This document shows positions 1-9,987 of a stretch of DNA of 64,000 nt, piece after piece. The position numbers and the translations under genes were made by a program. The stretch spans positions 6,490 through 70,489 of the forward strand of contig JAUSEE010000036.1 in NCBI GenBank assembly GCA_030650095.1. Reading direction: 5' to 3'. This DNA is from Candidatus Buchananbacteria bacterium. Its GTDB lineage: Bacteria; Patescibacteriota; Patescibacteriia; 2-01-FULL-39-33. Within the stretch, counting starts at the first letter, position 1; the number at the start of each line of letters is the position of its first letter. The notes under the pieces were generated by a model. The model searched no databases. It saw only the letters and a program-made list of their open reading frames with translations, and was not told where the DNA came from.

Positions 1-48
1 CAATCTCCTAGATTGCTTCGTCGCCTTGCGGCTTCCTCGCAATGACAA
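1..48. repeat. Partial copy (3' arm) of the palindromic GTCATTGCGAG/CTCGCAATGAC repeat family, cut by the window edge
   Basis: Sequence gattgcttcgtcgccttgcggcttcctcgcaatgac matches the right arm of the repeats at 34832, 49693 and 51553. It lies inside the tgt reading frame. Confidence 0.6.
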
Positions 49-891
49 CGACACATAAAGCCGGCCATGTCTGGCTTCTCGAGTGGGAATGACGCAGTCA
101 AACATATCCACTCCGCGCCTGACAGCTTCCACGATATTTTCCGGCGTGCCCACACCCATAAGATATCTTGGTTTGTTTTCCGGCATTTGCGGAGCCAAAT
201 AATCCAAAACGGCATACATTTCCTTGTGGCTCTCCCCCACTGCCAAACCGCCAATGGCATAACCGTTGAAATCCAGCTTAATTAATTCTTTCAAACTTTC
301 CTCCCTTAAATCGCGATGCAAGCCGCCTTGGACAATGCCAAACATCAATTGAGAGCTAGTTAAAACTTTTTTATACTTTTTAGCTTCCTGGGCCCAAAGA
401 GTTGTTAAATCAACTGCTTCTTTTATTTTGGCTTTAGTGTCCTTGGAACTGGGGCAAACATCCAAAATCATGGCAATATCGCTGCCGATTATCTTTTGTA
501 TTTCCAAAACTTTCTTAGGCGTCAAAGTATGCTTGCTGCCATCCAAATGAGAATTGAATTCCACGCCCTGGGGCATTATTTTTCTTATCTTAGACAAAGA
601 AAAAACCTGAAAGCCTCCGCTGTCGGTTAAAATCGGGCCGGGCCAATTCATCATCTTATGCAACCCGCCCAATTTTTTTAAAACTTCCAAACCCGGCTGC
701 AAATACAAATGATAGGTGTTGGAAAGTATGATTTCAGCGCCCAGCGATTTGACCTCGAGAGCTGTCAGATTCTTAACTGCCGCTTTGGTGGCAATAGGCA
801 TAAAAAACGGCGTTTGAATATCGCCGTGCGCGGTTTTTAATATTCCCAACCGAGCTTGGGATTTTTTTGATTGTTTGAGAAGTCTATACAT
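1..891 (-). CDS. tgt: Queuine tRNA-ribosyltransferase (tRNA-guanine transglycosylase), C-terminus beyond the window start
   Basis: Minus-strand translation from ATG at 891 gives MYRLLKQSKKSQARLGILKTAHGDIQTPFFMPIATKAAVK...ILSNTYHLYLQPG...GPILTDSGGFQVFSL...GYAIGGLAVGE...RYLMGVGTPE...DMFDCVIPTR. These are classic Tgt motifs. Because the ORF hits the window edge it is not in the supplied ORF track. Confidence 0.85.
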   Translation of the reverse strand, partial: MYRLLKQSKKSQARLGILKTAHGDIQTPFFMPIATKAAVKNLTALEVKSLGAEIILSNTYHLYLQPGLEVLKKLGGLHKMMNWPGPILTDSGGFQVFSLSKIRKIMPQGVEFNSHLDGSKHTLTPKKVLEIQKIIGSDIAMILDVCPSSKDTKAKIKEAVDLTTLWAQEAKKYKKVLTSSQLMFGIVQGGLHRDLREESLKELIKLDFNGYAIGGLAVGESHKEMYAVLDYLAPQMPENKPRYLMGVGTPENIVEAVRRGVDMFDCVIPTREARHGRLYVSLSLRGSRKATKQSRRL

Positions 892-983
892 TATTTGATT
901 TTTTGCTGTTTTTAATCGACCAGCCCATCATAACACTGATAATTAAAATAGCCAAGTATCCCAAGCCTAAGATGTTGTTCATC

Positions 984-1778
984 TCACTCAGCTTGCTTTT
1001 TAAATACCAGGTCCTTGCTGGTGCCAAAACAAATAAAGAAACAAGGTTCCGAATATCGTTCCCGCCAATAAATATAGCCCTTTCTAAGCACCATTGTTCC
1101 AATAGAACATTCCGGACATTTTTTATCAGCGAATTCAGACCATTTGTCATTATTTATATCAAATTTGAATATTTTCGATTTTATTATCTGCGGTTGTTCG
1201 GAAAAATCATTTTCTAAAACATACAAAATGTCGTTATTTATGACAAAATCCGACCTATAAGGTCTTCTGGCAGAATCATAACCCGCGAGTTTAGCGCTGA
1301 AAATAAATTTGTCTTTAGAAAAAGATGTTTGCGTAAGTTTTCCTGTCATTTTATGGTATAAAATAAAATCTACTTGCAAACTATTTTCTGAATTGCATTC
1401 GAAGAACGGTATGTCGTCAAATTGGCTTGCTGACCCATAATCGCAGAAATAATAGACGATTATATAATTATTATCTTCAAATATCTTCGAAAATCTTTCA
1501 TTTATCGATCCCGGCGCGCTAAATAACGCGTATCTGCCATTTTGATCGAAAAAATCTACACCGCCAGAGAAGTTTGGCACGTAATAATAATTATCACTTA
1601 AGCCGAAGATCGGATTTTCATTATCAGCCGTCTGGATATCACTAAAAAAATTATTTCTTTCAATCTCCGTCATATTAACCTGTCCCGGATAACGAATATA
1701 ATCAGCAATCAGATGAAAAATGATAAATAATACAATTAGAATTAATATTAAAATTCCGAACAGACGAATAACTTTCAT
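984..1778 (-). CDS. Hypothetical membrane-anchored protein (N-terminal TM helix)
   Basis: The ORF runs 984-1829. The likely start is MKVIRLFGILILILIVLFIIF at 1778, a single hydrophobic N-terminal helix. I recognise no family. Confidence 0.5.
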   Translation of the reverse strand: MKVIRLFGILILILIVLFIIFHLIADYIRYPGQVNMTEIERNNFFSDIQTADNENPIFGLSDNYYYVPNFSGGVDFFDQNGRYALFSAPGSINERFSKIFEDNNYIIVYYFCDYGSASQFDDIPFFECNSENSLQVDFILYHKMTGKLTQTSFSKDKFIFSAKLAGYDSARRPYRSDFVINNDILYVLENDFSEQPQIIKSKIFKFDINNDKWSEFADKKCPECSIGTMVLRKGYIYWRERYSEPCFFICFGTSKDLVFKKQAE

Positions 1779-1788
1779 ATTTTTAAGA

Positions 1789-3828
1789 TTATTGAACGAT
1801 GCCCTTGGTCTGGCCCAAAATCGGGTCATCGAAAGCGGTGGTAATAGCCTTAACGCTGCTGTTTATCGTCGTACCGGTATTGGAATCTTTGGCTGACATA
1901 TTTATACTGGGAATAAGTATGAGTATCCTGCCCCTGTCACTAGTCGCCGGCTTTATACTGATATTAAAAGAAGCTAAAATCGGCTCGGAAGATTTCTTGA
2001 GCTTAGAAATATTCCAAATAGCTTCGCTCGTAGCGGCATTGTAAGAGAAATCACCGATATCATGGTTTTCTTTATTGGACCAAGAAACATTACTGGGCAA
2101 TTTAGCCACCACTTGTACATTTTCCACATCATGCAAATTGTTGGATAATTCTAAATAAATATTATAGGTTGACGATTCGCCCACTCTAGGCTCTATCGGG
2201 CCAAGACCTAGTGGAATATTGTCTTCATTGTAATATCTGGCGGCGACAGTAAGGCCCAGATCAGAATTGATAGAATTAACTATTGGCTTAGTCGTTACCG
2301 AAGATTCGCCGTTTAGCTCGCCCCCCTGGCTGGCTGTGGCGGAAGTGGAACTTTCAACGCTAAATTTGCCTATACTGGGGTCATTAACAGCCGAGGCGTC
2401 TTTAACTCTTATCTGCCAAGAAATATCACCTTCTTCACCGGCTCCCAATTTTAATAATTTGGATATGTGCCGTCCGGTCCAAATTATGGAATTACTACTG
2501 ATAACGCCATTGTTGTCATCTTGAAGCGTATTCCAGTCTAATATTTTTGAATCTAATTTAGCTTTGATTTGTATATTTTCTAAATTGTCCTCGCCGGTAT
2601 TTTTATAATGAATGGTATAAACCAACAAGTCGCCAAAATTAATGGATTGATCTTCAGCCGAGCCGTTAATGATGAGCTGCAAGCTTAATTGATCTTTGAT
2701 AACTTCGGTGATGAAAGTCTCTTCGCTTTGAGGATAATAATCATCTTTATATTTAAGAAGTATTCTGGCCACAAAATTGCGATTGCCACCTGTTTCAGCG
2801 GTGAGATAATTGCCTTTTATTTTTATCTCGCCTTTTTCACCAGCCTTTAACTCTTTTAAATCCCAAGTGTTATTGGTTTCATTGCTGGCTTTGCCTTCGG
2901 CTGATTCAAAAACAAATGACTCCGGATAATCAACAACCACTTGCAGATCGCTATAATCTTCATCTGATAGATTTTCATAATTCAAGGTATATTCAGCTTC
3001 CTGATTAGCCAAGATTTTTTCCGGGCCATTTACGGTTAAACTTAAGACAGAAGACGCCACCACCACATCAACGATTGTTTCCTGTTTGAAATTGGCATTT
3101 AGGTTTGAGGGCTTAAAATTTAAAACACCCCGAAAAGTTTGAGTGGAATTAATAGCAGCAATCATTTTGCCTTTTAATTCTATTTTTTGCGATTCGCCAA
3201 CCTTAAGCCCGCTAAAGCTCCATTTATTATTTTTATCGCCGCTGGCTTTTGGCAAAGAATCAATATGCTCAAAATTATCAGGGTAAAAAAGCTCCAATTC
3301 TAAATTATAAAGATCCACTTTTTCCTTGTTGGTTATGGTTAAGCTATAAATGCCTTCTTGTCCGGAAACTACAGTAATGGGAGTTTCCAATTTTAAAGTA
3401 ATGCGCTCATTGGTGAAATTATTTGTTTCTAATTTTGAAAAAACAAAAAAGCCCAAAATGGCCACAACCAGAAGAACAGAAAAAACGCCAATCAAAGAAT
3501 AAATAATGGTTTTCCAAAGAGGCCTTTCATTTTTTTCCAGTCTAGTCAAATCGGGAATCTCACCATCGCCATCAGTGTAAACTTCCGTCAGCTTCCTTCT
3601 CATATCCGTATCACTTTTGGAATTACCTGAGCTTTTCTTAAAATCAACCTGTTTGCCAAAACTACGATTCTTTTTGGAAATCAAACCAGCCAAATCATCT
3701 TGCATGGTGACAACCGGCTTTTTGGCTTTAGGCTTATTTTTTAATGAAACAACTTTTCCTTTTGAAGTTTGTGGCGATGAATTTAAAATTTCATCACCAG
3801 TTTCTGCTGGGTAATTTTGGACAGGCAT
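1789..3828 (-). CDS. Large membrane-anchored surface protein with repeated beta-rich extracellular domains
   Basis: 679-aa ORF with a charged N-terminal region, one TM helix (WKTIIYSLIGVFSVLLVVAILGFFVF), then repeated segments (…LELELFYPDNFEHIDSLPKAS / …LQVVVDYPESFVFESAEGKAS…) typical of CPR surface proteins. Confidence 0.55.
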   Translation of the reverse strand: MPVQNYPAETGDEILNSSPQTSKGKVVSLKNKPKAKKPVVTMQDDLAGLISKKNRSFGKQVDFKKSSGNSKSDTDMRRKLTEVYTDGDGEIPDLTRLEKNERPLWKTIIYSLIGVFSVLLVVAILGFFVFSKLETNNFTNERITLKLETPITVVSGQEGIYSLTITNKEKVDLYNLELELFYPDNFEHIDSLPKASGDKNNKWSFSGLKVGESQKIELKGKMIAAINSTQTFRGVLNFKPSNLNANFKQETIVDVVVASSVLSLTVNGPEKILANQEAEYTLNYENLSDEDYSDLQVVVDYPESFVFESAEGKASNETNNTWDLKELKAGEKGEIKIKGNYLTAETGGNRNFVARILLKYKDDYYPQSEETFITEVIKDQLSLQLIINGSAEDQSINFGDLLVYTIHYKNTGEDNLENIQIKAKLDSKILDWNTLQDDNNGVISSNSIIWTGRHISKLLKLGAGEEGDISWQIRVKDASAVNDPSIGKFSVESSTSATASQGGELNGESSVTTKPIVNSINSDLGLTVAARYYNEDNIPLGLGPIEPRVGESSTYNIYLELSNNLHDVENVQVVAKLPSNVSWSNKENHDIGDFSYNAATSEAIWNISKLKKSSEPILASFNISIKPATSDRGRILILIPSINMSAKDSNTGTTINSSVKAITTAFDDPILGQTKGIVQ

Positions 3829-3853
3829 GGTAATTATATATTAATAGTGTAAT

Positions 3854-6646
3854 TTAATTTTTAAGACCGATAAAATAAAATAAATCCTGCAATAAATCAT
3901 CTTTATAAACGCTTTCGCCGTTATTATTTTCAATTTTACTGGGATAAGAAACATTGGGAGAAACGCCATTTGGATATTCAACTTGGCCAAAGAACTTGTC
4001 ATTGTTGCTGCCGGCTTGTTTTTGAACCAGTAGGCTATAAGAGTCATAAGAATATTTAGGATAAAAAACGGCTTTTATCTTGCCTAAAATTCCCTTGGCT
4101 TCCACCTCTTTTTTGGTTAGATCAATTTTAAAAGGCAACTTATAAACCAATAAAATATCCTTATCTTCGCCCGGCTTAAGCGTCAGCCAATTGGCAAAAA
4201 CCGTTTTGTTGTTTTCGGTGTAAATTTTAGTTGAGCTGTCTGGATCAATTGTAGCCAGCTTTTCATTCAATAACCTTTCATCTTCTTCTAAATATTCATC
4301 AGGAGTTGTAAATTCGCTATCTTTGGGCCCCTTAAAACCTTCAGCCGAAATTAGCTGACTGCCTAACGGCACATAAACCCTAATAAAGCTTCTGTTGGGA
4401 GTGTCAGTAAAGATATTATCAATGGGGCCAAAATCACTTCTATGGATAACTAAACTATCCACCACCGAACCATCGGGAGAAATGGAGGCTTGATGATAAA
4501 TCTCCTGGTTGACCACCTCATCAGTTTTACCGCCGCCAATGTTGGTGGCTACCACGCTTAAATAATCCTTTTGAGCATTTTTCATCCGGCCGTCCCAATT
4601 ATTTTGAGCCACGAATGTCTGCTCGTTTTCATCTGTCATATAAATTTGAATGTCTTTTTCTTTCAAACCTTGGCTAAAAACAGAAACCAAGCCCAGCATC
4701 TTATCCGGAGTGACATCAAAAATATTTTCAATCAATTTAGGAGCCAAATCGCTTAATATTTTCTTGGGCTGTGTTTTATCATCCGCTTCCAATTCTATGC
4801 TTTTTTGGAGTTCCATTTCAAAATTGGCCGAGCTTATTGTTTTATTATAATCCGGCATTTCAATCGAGCCGATAACATCCAAGAGATTTCCCAGCCAATC
4901 AGAATTAATGGCAATTACCCCGTCGATAGTAGCGCCATCGCTTTTATTATAAAAATAAGTTATATTCTGCGCCGAGGTCGGCCAATTAGGCCACCAATTC
5001 GCATCTTGGAATTCCCAACGAGGATTGATTAGGGTTAGAGGCTCTGGCGCTTTGAGCAGTTTTGTAAAACCGGCTCTTAAATCGTAAGTTCCGCCGGCCG
5101 GCATGGTTACGCCTTCTAAATTGCCGTTTTTAAAATCAGCTACGGCCAAACTGCCCATAAATCCGCCGGTGGCCCTAAGCTCGTTATCATTTTGAAAAAC
5201 TATAAGATATTTTTTTAAACCATTATCACCCAAAAAATTTATGGCAAATTGCATCACTTCGTCGGACTTCTTTAGACTCTCTGTAAATTTTGGCAGATTC
5301 TCTTTTAACTTCAAGAATTTTTCCTGATTCTCTTGGGGCAAATGCTTGATATTTATTTTATCCAAATTTTCCTGAGCCGAAGTTATTTGAACTAAGGCTT
5401 CATGGCTACTGGCTTTAAAATTCTTGATTCTGGAAGACAGTGAAAAATCAGAATCAGCTGAAAATTCATTTAAGCCGGCAATTAAATATTCTCCGGCCTT
5501 AGTTAATTTTTCGCCTAAATCAAGCAAATTAGTTCCGCTTCTAAAAGTATTGTTTAAAGGGATAGTACCGGCCAAAACTGTTAAAAAAGATTTTATTTCT
5601 CCCAGCTGATCCTGGGCGGAAACAAAATTCTTATTGGCAGCAGCCAGATATTCTTCCGCTTCGCCCAGCTTAAAGTCGCTCAAAGCAGTCTGGGCTGATT
5701 CTAAGCTGGTTAAGGCTTCTTCGGCCGTGCCCAAAACCTGGCCTTTGGTTTCTTTGGCGCTTTCCAGATAAAAATAAGACCTAATCGGTATGGCTATCGC
5801 CAAGGCTATGGCCAAAAAAGCCAAAAGCGGCTTTAAAGACATTTTATCTATAGACCAAGCCGAAAATATTCGTTTAAAATCTAATTTCTTTTTTTCAGCC
5901 TTATATTTTACCGGCATTTCCTTAAGCGAAACTTTTTTTGGCGGAGGCGCAACCGGAATTTCTTTGGAGGTAAAATGAACAATTTCATCGCGCTTGGTGT
6001 ACCGACTTAACAAATTTAAGTAAGCGTAGCTGATCACTTGGCCAACAACCCAAAACATATTGCCCACCTTGGAGGCGAGAAAAACAACCAAATTTATAAC
6101 TGATATTTCTTGCCATAAATCAAGTTGGTTTATTTTATGCCCTTTTTTGGCTAACGGTATTTTAGGGGATAAATCAATTTTGTAAAAAGGCTTCTTAAGC
6201 CAGCGCATGGCTATGAGCCATGATTGTTTAAGAAAATTAAGTATCTCGCTTTCTTCCAAAGACAATAATTCAAAAACATGGATTTTCTCCAAAAACTCAC
6301 CCGCCGGCAAATCTTGATAGCTAAGATTAGAATTATTATCCAAAACCGGCTTAACCCGTTCTATATAACGCCTGGTTGATAGATTGAGCAAATGAGGAGA
6401 GGAATATTGATCCAGCGGGTGGCTGACTATGTTTATGCTGACAGAATTGCCCGAAGATAAGCTTATCGGAACATCAAAAAAATCATTTGATTTGGCATGA
6501 TCAAACATAACAACGCCTAGCGATTCATCGGGGCTGTTAAAAATCTTTTTAACTCGCTTTGATAATACCGCTTTTTTCTTCGCTAGCCTTTTCTTGACCT
6601 TGGTTTTTATGGTCTTTTTGGCTGCACTTTGTCTTTTGTGAGGCAT
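3854..6646 (-). CDS. Large membrane-anchored protein, possibly a DUF4012-like family member associated with polysaccharide loci
   Basis: 930-aa ORF with a Lys-rich N-terminus, a TM helix (LKPLLAFLAIALAIAIPI) and a large extracytoplasmic part containing ATGGFMGSLAVADFKNGNL. The DUF4012 assignment is from memory of the family and is uncertain. Confidence 0.5.
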   Translation of the reverse strand: MPHKRQSAAKKTIKTKVKKRLAKKKAVLSKRVKKIFNSPDESLGVVMFDHAKSNDFFDVPISLSSGNSVSINIVSHPLDQYSSPHLLNLSTRRYIERVKPVLDNNSNLSYQDLPAGEFLEKIHVFELLSLEESEILNFLKQSWLIAMRWLKKPFYKIDLSPKIPLAKKGHKINQLDLWQEISVINLVVFLASKVGNMFWVVGQVISYAYLNLLSRYTKRDEIVHFTSKEIPVAPPPKKVSLKEMPVKYKAEKKKLDFKRIFSAWSIDKMSLKPLLAFLAIALAIAIPIRSYFYLESAKETKGQVLGTAEEALTSLESAQTALSDFKLGEAEEYLAAANKNFVSAQDQLGEIKSFLTVLAGTIPLNNTFRSGTNLLDLGEKLTKAGEYLIAGLNEFSADSDFSLSSRIKNFKASSHEALVQITSAQENLDKINIKHLPQENQEKFLKLKENLPKFTESLKKSDEVMQFAINFLGDNGLKKYLIVFQNDNELRATGGFMGSLAVADFKNGNLEGVTMPAGGTYDLRAGFTKLLKAPEPLTLINPRWEFQDANWWPNWPTSAQNITYFYNKSDGATIDGVIAINSDWLGNLLDVIGSIEMPDYNKTISSANFEMELQKSIELEADDKTQPKKILSDLAPKLIENIFDVTPDKMLGLVSVFSQGLKEKDIQIYMTDENEQTFVAQNNWDGRMKNAQKDYLSVVATNIGGGKTDEVVNQEIYHQASISPDGSVVDSLVIHRSDFGPIDNIFTDTPNRSFIRVYVPLGSQLISAEGFKGPKDSEFTTPDEYLEEDERLLNEKLATIDPDSSTKIYTENNKTVFANWLTLKPGEDKDILLVYKLPFKIDLTKKEVEAKGILGKIKAVFYPKYSYDSYSLLVQKQAGSNNDKFFGQVEYPNGVSPNVSYPSKIENNNGESVYKDDLLQDLFYFIGLKN

Positions 6647-6752
6647 TACAAAATTGTTCTTCTGATTTAAGAAATTTTTCTCTTTAGATAAGTATTATTA
6701 TAACATAAACCGGCAAGTTGGAACAACTTAATTAAATATATCTGGGGATAAA

Positions 6753-6790
6753 AAAATAAACAGGCTTGTACCGCCTGTTTATGCTTTAAT
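6753..6790 (-). terminator. Rho-independent terminator downstream of the glycosyltransferase at 6799-7905
   Basis: Minus-strand hairpin aaacaggcggtacaagcctgttt followed by a T-run. Confidence 0.5.
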
Positions 6791-6798
6791 CTAAAAGG

Positions 6799-7905
6799 TT
6801 AAGATTCGTATTGCCCCAGGGTTTCTAAGGCGCATTTTTCCCAAGAATACTTTTTTAAATTGGCTTGGCCCTTAATTTTCAATGCTTGAAGAAGTTCTTG
6901 ATTATCTAAGGTATTAGAAATAGACTTAGCTATTTCAGTTTCATTTTCCGGATTAAAATAAACAACGCTATCGCCCAATATCTCCGGCAGGCAAGAGGCC
7001 GATGAGCTTAAAACCGGCAAGCCGTAGCTCTGGGCTTCCAACGGCGGCAAGCCAAAGCCTTCAATTAAACTTGGGAAAACATATAAAGCGGCAGTTTTAT
7101 AAAGACATGATAATTTTTCATCATCCAAATAACCGGTAAAGATAACTCGGCCGCTTAAACTTAGCGTTTGGGCGGTTTGTTCCAACCTCTCATAAAAATA
7201 ATTTTTCTGGCCCACCAAAACCAACTGGATGTCCCTATTCAGACTTTTAAACGCCTGGAGCAACTTTTCTAAATTCTTATGCGGATAAGCCGAGCCGACA
7301 TAAAGCAAGAAATCTTTTTTAATGCCCAAATCAGACTTTAGCCGGGCGCAATCAGCCTGGCCATCTTGGGGCAAACCAACCCCTTCATAGGTAACGCTTA
7401 TTTTTGAGGGATTTATTTTTAATAATTTTATAATGTCTTTTTTACTGCAGTCGGAAACAGTAATTATTTTCTTAGCTCTTTTGGCCGTATTGTTTACCAC
7501 TAAGCGATAAAAAAATAATTTTATCTTATACATTATCGGATTCAAGGTGGTGGCTCGGCTATGGGGATAATGGGAAATTATCAGATCATGAATGGTAACA
7601 ATAAACGGGCGCCGATAAAAAACAGGCGCATTAAAATGAGTAAAATGCATTAAATCAAGTTGGTATTTTTTCAACAGCCGCGGAAAAAATATTTGTTCTC
7701 CTAAGCTGTAAGCCCTGAAATCAGCCAAAACCTTTTTAAAATTTTTGCTTTGCGGCTGATAATCATTAAAATTATTTTGGGCCAAAAAAATAAAATACTG
7801 ATTTTTAGAATCAATTTTTTCCAATTGTTTGATTAGGTTTTCGCTGTAGCGTCCCAGACCGCCGTGTCTGGCGCCGTATAAGCGGGCGTCAATTCCTATG
7901 CGCAT
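6799..7905 (-). CDS. Glycosyltransferase family 4 (GT-B fold)
   Basis: 368 aa with the C-terminal GT4 signature EGFGLPPLEAQSYGLPVLSS. Confidence 0.8.
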   Translation of the reverse strand: MRIGIDARLYGARHGGLGRYSENLIKQLEKIDSKNQYFIFLAQNNFNDYQPQSKNFKKVLADFRAYSLGEQIFFPRLLKKYQLDLMHFTHFNAPVFYRRPFIVTIHDLIISHYPHSRATTLNPIMYKIKLFFYRLVVNNTAKRAKKIITVSDCSKKDIIKLLKINPSKISVTYEGVGLPQDGQADCARLKSDLGIKKDFLLYVGSAYPHKNLEKLLQAFKSLNRDIQLVLVGQKNYFYERLEQTAQTLSLSGRVIFTGYLDDEKLSCLYKTAALYVFPSLIEGFGLPPLEAQSYGLPVLSSSASCLPEILGDSVVYFNPENETEIAKSISNTLDNQELLQALKIKGQANLKKYSWEKCALETLGQYES

Positions 7906-8015
7906 ACCTTGATTTTAAACCTTGACAAAAAAGTTATTTTATGATAAGTTACATTATCAGTATATAGTTTAATCAGAACTTTAACAACATTTACAACCAG
8001 AAAGAGGAAAATAAC

Positions 8016-8207
8016 ATGGGTGTCATTAATATGATATTTTCCGTTATTTGTGTATTTTTGGCTTTAATGTCATATTCAAAACTTACTCCAGACGAATCAT
8101 TAGTCCAGAACAAGATGTATTTTTTAATACTAGCATCTATTTTGTTTTCACTTTGGGCTATATCTCATAAAATTGATTATCTTATTAAAGAAATCAGAAA
8201 GAAATAG
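8016..8207 (+). CDS. Small hydrophobic membrane peptide (63 aa)
   Basis: Shine-Dalgarno sequence agaggaaaataac precedes the ATG. One or two predicted TM helices. Confidence 0.4.
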   Translation: MGVINMIFSVICVFLALMSYSKLTPDESLVQNKMYFLILASILFSLWAISHKIDYLIKEIRKK

Positions 8208-8352
8208 AAACAAATAGTCATGACTGTAAAATATACGCCCAAACAACTTGGTGTTATTATAATCACAGTGATAATAGTAGTTTATTTCACCTTTCTCTGC
8301 GGCAATCTGCTGGGAGCAATATTTTAGAAACCAACAAGGAGATCAGTAATTT

Positions 8353-8595
8353 ATGAAAACAGTAAGTCTGCTAGCGATTATTATTTGCATCTGCGGCCTG
8401 TTTATCGGCTCTGCTCTGCTCCTGGATAGGTCGTCAGGAATCGGCCAGATTTTAAACGATCAAGAAGTTAGTTCTACAACAGCCGTTTTCCACTACATCT
8501 TCTGGTTTTTAAGCGGGGGCGTATCTTTCTCGGCAACTATTTGGCTCTTAGCCAGTAGCGAGGGCCGGCAAAAAAAAGAGAGGGAGAGAAAATGA
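8353..8595 (+). CDS. Small membrane protein (80 aa)
   Basis: Shine-Dalgarno sequence aaggagatcagtaattt precedes the ATG. Two hydrophobic helices. Confidence 0.45.
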   Translation: MKTVSLLAIIICICGLFIGSALLLDRSSGIGQILNDQEVSSTTAVFHYIFWFLSGGVSFSATIWLLASSEGRQKKERERK

Positions 8596-8828
8596 TGTTT
8601 AATAACTCAACCTCTTTTTTAATTATGCCGCTGATTTTTTCAGGTGTTTTATCTGTTATAATCCTAATGATCTTTTGCAGTGTTGCCATATCACCAGCAC
8701 GTAAAATGATAATGAACCTCGTTGAACATTACGGAGTGTTAAAAACTGGCCTATACCATGCTTTGATTTCACTCACAGCGATTACTTTTTGGGAATTCTT
8801 AAAGTATCTTATTTCTTCTTTTTTATAA
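8592..8828 (+). CDS. Small membrane protein (78 aa), start overlaps the previous stop
   Basis: Shine-Dalgarno sequence gagggagagaaa, 4-nt overlap with the upstream ORF, hydrophobic helices. Confidence 0.45.
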   Translation: MMFNNSTSFLIMPLIFSGVLSVIILMIFCSVAISPARKMIMNLVEHYGVLKTGLYHALISLTAITFWEFLKYLISSFL

Positions 8829-8877
8829 AAATTATATTCTACACTCTTTAACACAATCTCACTTCGGTGAGATTTTT

Positions 8878-9987
8878 TTATTGTCCCAAAAATAACTCCA
8901 GGGTTTCTTTGGCCGTCTGCTGCCAGTTATATTTTTTGATATTATCCAATCCGCTCCTTACTAACTTTTCTCTTAAAACTTGATCTCCTAAAATAAACTC
9001 CATGGCCTTAACAATATCGTTTATATTGTAGGGATCCACCAATAAGCCGGCGCCGGAAACCACTTCCACTTGCGAAGAATTAGAGCCGCCAATCACCGGC
9101 ACGCCACAAGCCATAGCCTCAACCAGTGGCAAGCCGAAACCTTCGTAATAAGACGGGTAAACAAACAAATCAGCCAAATTGTATAATCCCCTTTTGTCTA
9201 TTTCGTCCACATAACCGATTATCTTAATCTTATTACTGGCTTTGGCTAATTTTATAATCCTCTTTGCTTTCCAACCAACTCCTCCGCCAATCACCAAATA
9301 ATGATCTGTTTTTAATTTACTGAAAGCTTCAATGAGGCTTTCTATATTTTTCCTGGGCTCCAAAGTGCCCAAATACAAAATGAATTTGCCGGGCAATTTA
9401 TATTTTTTTTGCACCCTGTCCAGTTCAACTTGATTTGTAATAATTTGAAATTTTTGATCAACGCCTTCATAAATCACTTTTATTTTTTCTGGATTTATAC
9501 TTAACAGATCAATTAAATCCTGTTTGGTATTTTCCGAAACGGCTATAACGGCATCGGCCTCTTGGATTATTCTTTTAGCCGTAAGCACCTGATGCCAAAA
9601 GCGGGATTTTAAAGTCCAAAACTGGGGGTATCTTAAATAAGACAAATCATGGACAGTGATTATTTTCCGGCAATCATTCGAGAGGGCAGAGAAGTTGATA
9701 TTGGGCATAAAAAAAACATCAACGCCACCGATTATTTTATCTATCTTCGGCTTGTCGGCTAAAAGAAGCGATAAATTAAAAATTTTATTGGAATGGCTAA
9801 AACCAGCCGAGCGCACATTCTGATGATCAAACCGGGGCAGATTAACTTTCCGGGAACTGTTATAAAAAAGAATGTATTCATTTTCCTTATCTAATTCAAA
9901 AATTGATTTAAGCAAATTAAAGGCATACCAGGAAATGCCGGAATAATTATCAACCATTAGACATCTGACGTCAATCCCTATTTTCAT
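8878..9987 (-). CDS. Glycosyltransferase family 4
   Basis: 369 aa with signature EGFGLPLVEAMACGVPVIGG. Confidence 0.8.
   Translation of the reverse strand: MKIGIDVRCLMVDNYSGISWYAFNLLKSIFELDKENEYILFYNSSRKVNLPRFDHQNVRSAGFSHSNKIFNLSLLLADKPKIDKIIGGVDVFFMPNINFSALSNDCRKIITVHDLSYLRYPQFWTLKSRFWHQVLTAKRIIQEADAVIAVSENTKQDLIDLLSINPEKIKVIYEGVDQKFQIITNQVELDRVQKKYKLPGKFILYLGTLEPRKNIESLIEAFSKLKTDHYLVIGGGVGWKAKRIIKLAKASNKIKIIGYVDEIDKRGLYNLADLFVYPSYYEGFGLPLVEAMACGVPVIGGSNSSQVEVVSGAGLLVDPYNINDIVKAMEFILGDQVLREKLVRSGLDNIKKYNWQQTAKETLELFLGQ

Noticed and set aside
67-285. 72-aa plus-strand ORF
   Set aside because: It lies antisense inside the well-supported tgt coding region, has no Shine-Dalgarno sequence, and its product has no motif.
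903-1217. 104-aa plus-strand ORF
   Set aside because: It is antisense to the membrane-protein gene at 984-1778 and is a low-complexity hydrophobic shadow ORF.
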